This document shows, one piece after another, positions 29,468-32,000 of a stretch of 32,000 nt of DNA (position 1 is the first letter of the stretch; each line of letters begins with the position of its first letter). A program made the translations under genes and the position numbers. Location: assembly GCA_043825615.1 (NCBI GenBank), contig JBDRRS010000007.1, positions 1-32,000 on the forward strand, read 5' to 3'. The stretch comes from a bacterium (GTDB lineage: Bacteria > CG03). Below the pieces are notes generated by a model. It was given only the letters and a program-made list of their open reading frames with translations. It made no database searches and was not told where the DNA came from.

Positions 29468-30223
29468 TTATTTCTCGTTCAAAGTTTCCAACAACCGCAG
29501 GTAATCTCTTTGACTCTCGTATTCCATAGATGTAATCAAGTTTATAAATGGAGTATCATTCCCTCTGTCACATTGCCGAAGCGAGTTCAGATAATCGCTT
29601 CTCAATACAGGCGGTATAACAATAATTTCATATCCGTTTTGGAGCAAGGATAAATTCATCAAGAGCCGCGCTGTCCGTCCATTGCCGTCGACAAACGGGT
29701 GTATTCTTGCAAGTTCCTTATGAATTATTGCAGAAAATTCCACCGGATGGTATTTCTTTTTCCACTCAGGGATATTATTCATTAACTCTTCAACTAAGTT
29801 TTTTACTTTGCTTGGCGGAGGCAGTTTAACGTCCGAGCCCTGGATATAGACAGACACCTTCCTGTATTTTCCGGCATTCTTCTTGTCTATCCTATAGTAA
29901 AAAATCCTGTGTAGTGACAGTATATCCTTTTCCACGATGGCATCTTTCCTGGACAGTTTGTATATGTAGTCGTATGCTTCACTGTGCCCAATAGCTTCCA
30001 GATGGTCTTTTAATGGTTTACCGCTGATAGTTATTCCTTCCTCAATAACTATTTTCGTTTCTGTCTCGGTCAGTGAATTACCTTCCAAAGCATTACTTGA
30101 ATAAGTAAATCCTATCCTATAGTATTCCTTCAACTGTTTAAGTTGGTATCTATTCAGCGGCCTATACTTATTTATTTCTTCCTGCAGCCTGTCAACATCT
30201 TTTACTCTGTTTCTAAAATCCAC
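29468..30223 (-). CDS. Fic-family protein (251 aa) with an N-terminal inhibitory-type motif
   Basis: Active-site motif HPFVDGNGRTARLL. N-terminal SSNALEGN fits (S/T)xxxE(G/N). GTG start at 30223 with AAGGAGGG upstream. Confidence 0.9.
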   Translation of the reverse strand: MDFRNRVKDVDRLQEEINKYRPLNRYQLKQLKEYYRIGFTYSSNALEGNSLTETETKIVIEEGITISGKPLKDHLEAIGHSEAYDYIYKLSRKDAIVEKDILSLHRIFYYRIDKKNAGKYRKVSVYIQGSDVKLPPPSKVKNLVEELMNNIPEWKKKYHPVEFSAIIHKELARIHPFVDGNGRTARLLMNLSLLQNGYEIIVIPPVLRSDYLNSLRQCDRGNDTPFINLITSMEYESQRDYLRLLETLNEK

Positions 30224-30322
30224 AGACCCTCCTTTTCTCTAATAAGGTGAATGTCAATCCAATTATATTTTCAGCGCCAACGGAAAATTCCACGAGATGC
30301 CCCCAGAATTCACTATTTTCAT

Positions 30323-30351
30323 TTACTCAATACCCTGAGTAATTTTACTCA
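30323..30351. promoter_or_regulatory. Operator-like array: TTACTCA-N6-TGAGTAA inverted repeat plus a third TTACTCA half-site
   Basis: Read directly at 30323-30329, 30336-30342 and 30345-30351. TTTACTCAATAC also occurs twice as a direct repeat. It lies about 100-130 nt upstream of the Fic start and about 70 nt downstream of the tRNA 3' end. Confidence 0.35.
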
Positions 30352-30416
30352 ATACTTTGGGCAATGGCAACATGAGTTTTTAAGAAACGGCCATACCTCT
30401 CTGCATTTTTATTTTA

Positions 30417-30489
30417 CGCCCCTGGGGTGACTCGAACACCCGACACCCGGTTTAGGAAACCGGTGCTCTATCCTCTGAGCTACAGGGGC
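30417..30489 (-). tRNA. tRNA-Arg (anticodon CCU), 73 nt, CCA not encoded
   Basis: GCCCCUG-UA-GCUC-AGAGGAUA-GAGC-A-CCGGU-UUCCUAA-ACCGG-GUGUC-GGGUG-UUCGAGU-CACCC-CAGGGGC-G. All four stems pair perfectly. Confidence 0.92.
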
Positions 30490-30490
30490 T

Positions 30491-30769
30491 TTAATAAGAA
30501 TCTCCGCGAGGATCCGCCGCTATCATTGAAACAATTTTTTCATTGTCATTTACCGTATAAAAAAACCTGTGGTTGCCAATCCTGTATCTCCATGTATCCG
30601 GTTTGTATGACCTGAGTTTCTTTATGTTCTTGCCAAAATACGGATTCTGTCTTAATTGGGTATAAACGTATGTTTTTAATTTTCTTTTTATTTTTTCCCT
30701 CTGTCCGCTGAAGTCACATTCAATATCTCTTGAAAACTGGTTTGTCTCGAAAATCCTGAATCTATTCAA
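30491..30769 (-). CDS. RelE/ParE-family type II toxin (about 92 aa)
   Basis: ...YVYTQLRQNPYFGKNIKKLRSYKPDTWRYRIGNHRFFYTVNDNEKIVSMIAADPRGDSY is a typical RelE/ParE C-terminus. The likely start is TTG 30769 or 30772, just after GGGAGG and overlapping the antitoxin stop. The 126-aa track ORF over-extends. Confidence 0.72.
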   Translation of the reverse strand: MNRFRIFETNQFSRDIECDFSGQREKIKRKLKTYVYTQLRQNPYFGKNIKKLRSYKPDTWRYRIGNHRFFYTVNDNEKIVSMIAADPRGDSY

Positions 30770-31004
30770 CAAACCTCCCTTTCCGTCTTTTAGCGTCATT
30801 GTGTCCTGCTTTAAGTTTGCCTGATAAACGTTTATCCGATTTGATTTGCGCCATTTCAATCGGGTCAGCATAATAAGATTCTTCTATGTCCTTCAATACC
30901 CTGCTCGTGATAAAATTAGAAATAGGACGATGCTCAATATCAGCCGCCATTGACACCTTTTTATATTCATCCTGTGAAAGCCGCAATGTTATTACTTTAG
31001 ACAT
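30762..31004 (-). CDS. Ribbon-helix-helix (CopG/RelB-like) antitoxin (80 aa)
   Basis: MSKVITLRLSQDEYKKVSMAADIEHRPISNFITSRVL is an RHH N-terminus. AAGGAGGG SD. It overlaps the toxin start. Confidence 0.7.
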   Translation of the reverse strand: MSKVITLRLSQDEYKKVSMAADIEHRPISNFITSRVLKDIEESYYADPIEMAQIKSDKRLSGKLKAGHNDAKRRKGRFVE

Positions 31005-31026
31005 TAACCCTCCTTTCTCACTTCAA

Positions 31027-31070
31027 ATTTATTCTAATTTATTCTAATATATTCTCTCGATATTTGTCAA
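31027..31070 (-). promoter_or_regulatory. TA promoter (TTGACA-18-TAGAAT) with 10-nt tandem repeats (ATTTATTCTA x2.8) over the -10 and TSS region, probably the operator
   Basis: On the minus strand, -35 is at 31070-31065 and -10 at 31046-31041. The tandem repeats span 31027-31055. Confidence 0.45.
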
Positions 31071-31128
31071 TATTTTGTATGTATTCCCGTTTACATTGCG
31101 GGCAAACTATGATTTATCTCCGGTGAAT

Positions 31129-32000
31129 TTACAATTTAAAAATTTTTTTGCTAATTTTTTTTGCCGTTCTGTTTCTTAAATCAAAAATAAGTTTTGAATT
31201 TTTTATAATAAAATCGTAGTCAAAGTGGTCGTGGTCGGTCGCGATTATAACCATATCTGACGCCTTCAGCGCGCGGGAGGTCAGGAGCTCCGCTCTTTTC
31301 CCGGGGATGCCGTCGGGAACAAGGTCGTCGAACCATGAGACATCCGCTCCCAGATTAAGCAGGTTCAGAATTATTTCAATCACGGGCGACTCTCTCGTGT
31401 CGGAAACGTTCTTCTTGTAGGCGACGCCGAGAACCAGTATTCTGCTTCCTTTCACGGAAATTGAAAAACCGTTCAGAATTTTTACCAGTTTATCAACGAC
31501 AAAATCGGGCATCGTGCTGTTTATTTCGGCGGCGAGGTCTATAAACCTTGTGTAAAAATTAAGCGAGCGCATTTTCCAGGAAAGATAAAGAGGGTCAACG
31601 GGAATGCAGTGCCCCCCGAGTCCGGGGCCCGGATAGAACGGCATAAAACCGAACGGTTTTGTTCCCGCGAGATTAACGATTTCCCAAACATCAAGTTTTA
31701 ATTTATCCGCAATCTGCGCAATTTCGTTTATGAGACCGATATTGACCGCCCTGAATGTATTTTCAAGGAGTTTGACCATCTCTGCCGCCTCAAGAGAACT
31801 CGCGGGGACAATATCCCCTATAATTTTTCTATAATACAAACACGCCTTTTCAAGGGATTTCCTGTTTATTCCGCCGATTATCTTCGGGGTGTTTTCCGTT
31901 TTCCATTTTTTGTTCGCGGGGTCTACCCTTTCCGGCGAAAAAGCCAGATAAAAGTCCTTCCCTGCCTTGAGACCGCTTTTTTCAAGGAGCGGGGCAACGA
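31129..32000 (-). CDS. Nucleotide-sugar 6-dehydrogenase (UDP-GlcNAc/ManNAc dehydrogenase-like, WbpA/TviB/WecC family), 5' end outside the window
   Basis: GPGLGGHCIPVDPLYLSWK (catalytic Cys motif), RFIDLAAEINSTMPDFVV and ILVLGVAYKKNVSDTRESP. The frame stays open upstream of the track start to the window edge (...APLLEKSGLKAGKDFYLAFSPERVDPANKKWKTENTPKIIGG). Confidence 0.85.
   Translation of the reverse strand, partial: VAPLLEKSGLKAGKDFYLAFSPERVDPANKKWKTENTPKIIGGINRKSLEKACLYYRKIIGDIVPASSLEAAEMVKLLENTFRAVNIGLINEIAQIADKLKLDVWEIVNLAGTKPFGFMPFYPGPGLGGHCIPVDPLYLSWKMRSLNFYTRFIDLAAEINSTMPDFVVDKLVKILNGFSISVKGSRILVLGVAYKKNVSDTRESPVIEIILNLLNLGADVSWFDDLVPDGIPGKRAELLTSRALKASDMVIIATDHDHFDYDFIIKNSKLIFDLRNRTAKKISKKIFKL

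Noticed and set aside
29197-29653. ORFs 29197-29463 (-), 29234-29653 (+) and 29326-29529 (+)
   Set aside because: They overlap the tmRNA gene and the 3' end of fic. The tmRNA call is supported by the acceptor, T-arm and PK1 structure.
30427-30615. 62-aa plus-strand ORF
   Set aside because: It lies across tRNA-Arg and is antisense to the RelE/ParE gene.
26600-31100. Calling the AT-rich tmRNA/tRNA-flanking region an integrative genomic island or prophage remnant
   Set aside because: There is no integrase, recombinase or phage structural gene, and no duplicated tRNA/tmRNA 3' end. The only repeat is the Fic 5' fragment. It is reported as a recombination scar instead.

Overview
This is a gene-dense bacterial window with about 30 protein genes, one tRNA and one tmRNA. 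All genes except nadE and manA are on the minus strand. I saw no rRNA, CRISPR array, transposase or integrase.

Layout, left to right:
- (1) 1-6290: the 5' 6.3 kb of a giant surface-protein gene that runs off the left edge. It is not in the ORF track.
- (2) 6.5-7.7 kb: a small accessory islet with a DUF4258-type toxin/antitoxin-like pair, two unannotated mini membrane-peptide genes and a degenerate nucleotidyltransferase.
- (3) 16.1 -> 7.8 kb: a ten-gene, translationally coupled minus-strand operon. Gene order is GAF sensor, a membrane-anchored protein with a FliF-like periplasmic part and a FliG-like cytoplasmic part, MotA, MotB, a second MotB lacking the channel Asp, a periplasmic TPR protein, two P-II-like proteins, a polytopic membrane protein and an outer-membrane beta-barrel. 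No other flagellar genes lie in the window. I consider this the most likely novel system. It also carries two homologous intercistronic micro-ORFs (MDAT...LPPP-stop) and a long-range stem enclosing one start site.
- (4) Housekeeping and envelope genes: nadE, an OmpA-family coiled-coil lipoprotein and manA.
- (5) Two sugar operons. One is GT - GH130 - GT4, behind a consensus promoter and a GC-rich leader. The other is hypothetical - TreT-like GT - MATE.
- (6) 26.6-31.1 kb: an AT-rich accessory patch around ssrA (tmRNA) and tRNA-Arg(CCU). It holds a nucleotidyltransferase two-gene module, a macro-domain protein, a Fic protein plus a 120-nt duplicated Fic 5' fragment, and a RelE/ParE-RHH pair abutting the tRNA.
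- (7) The 3' part of a nucleotide-sugar dehydrogenase gene runs off the right edge.

All family assignments come from reading the translations by eye. No database or HMM search was possible.
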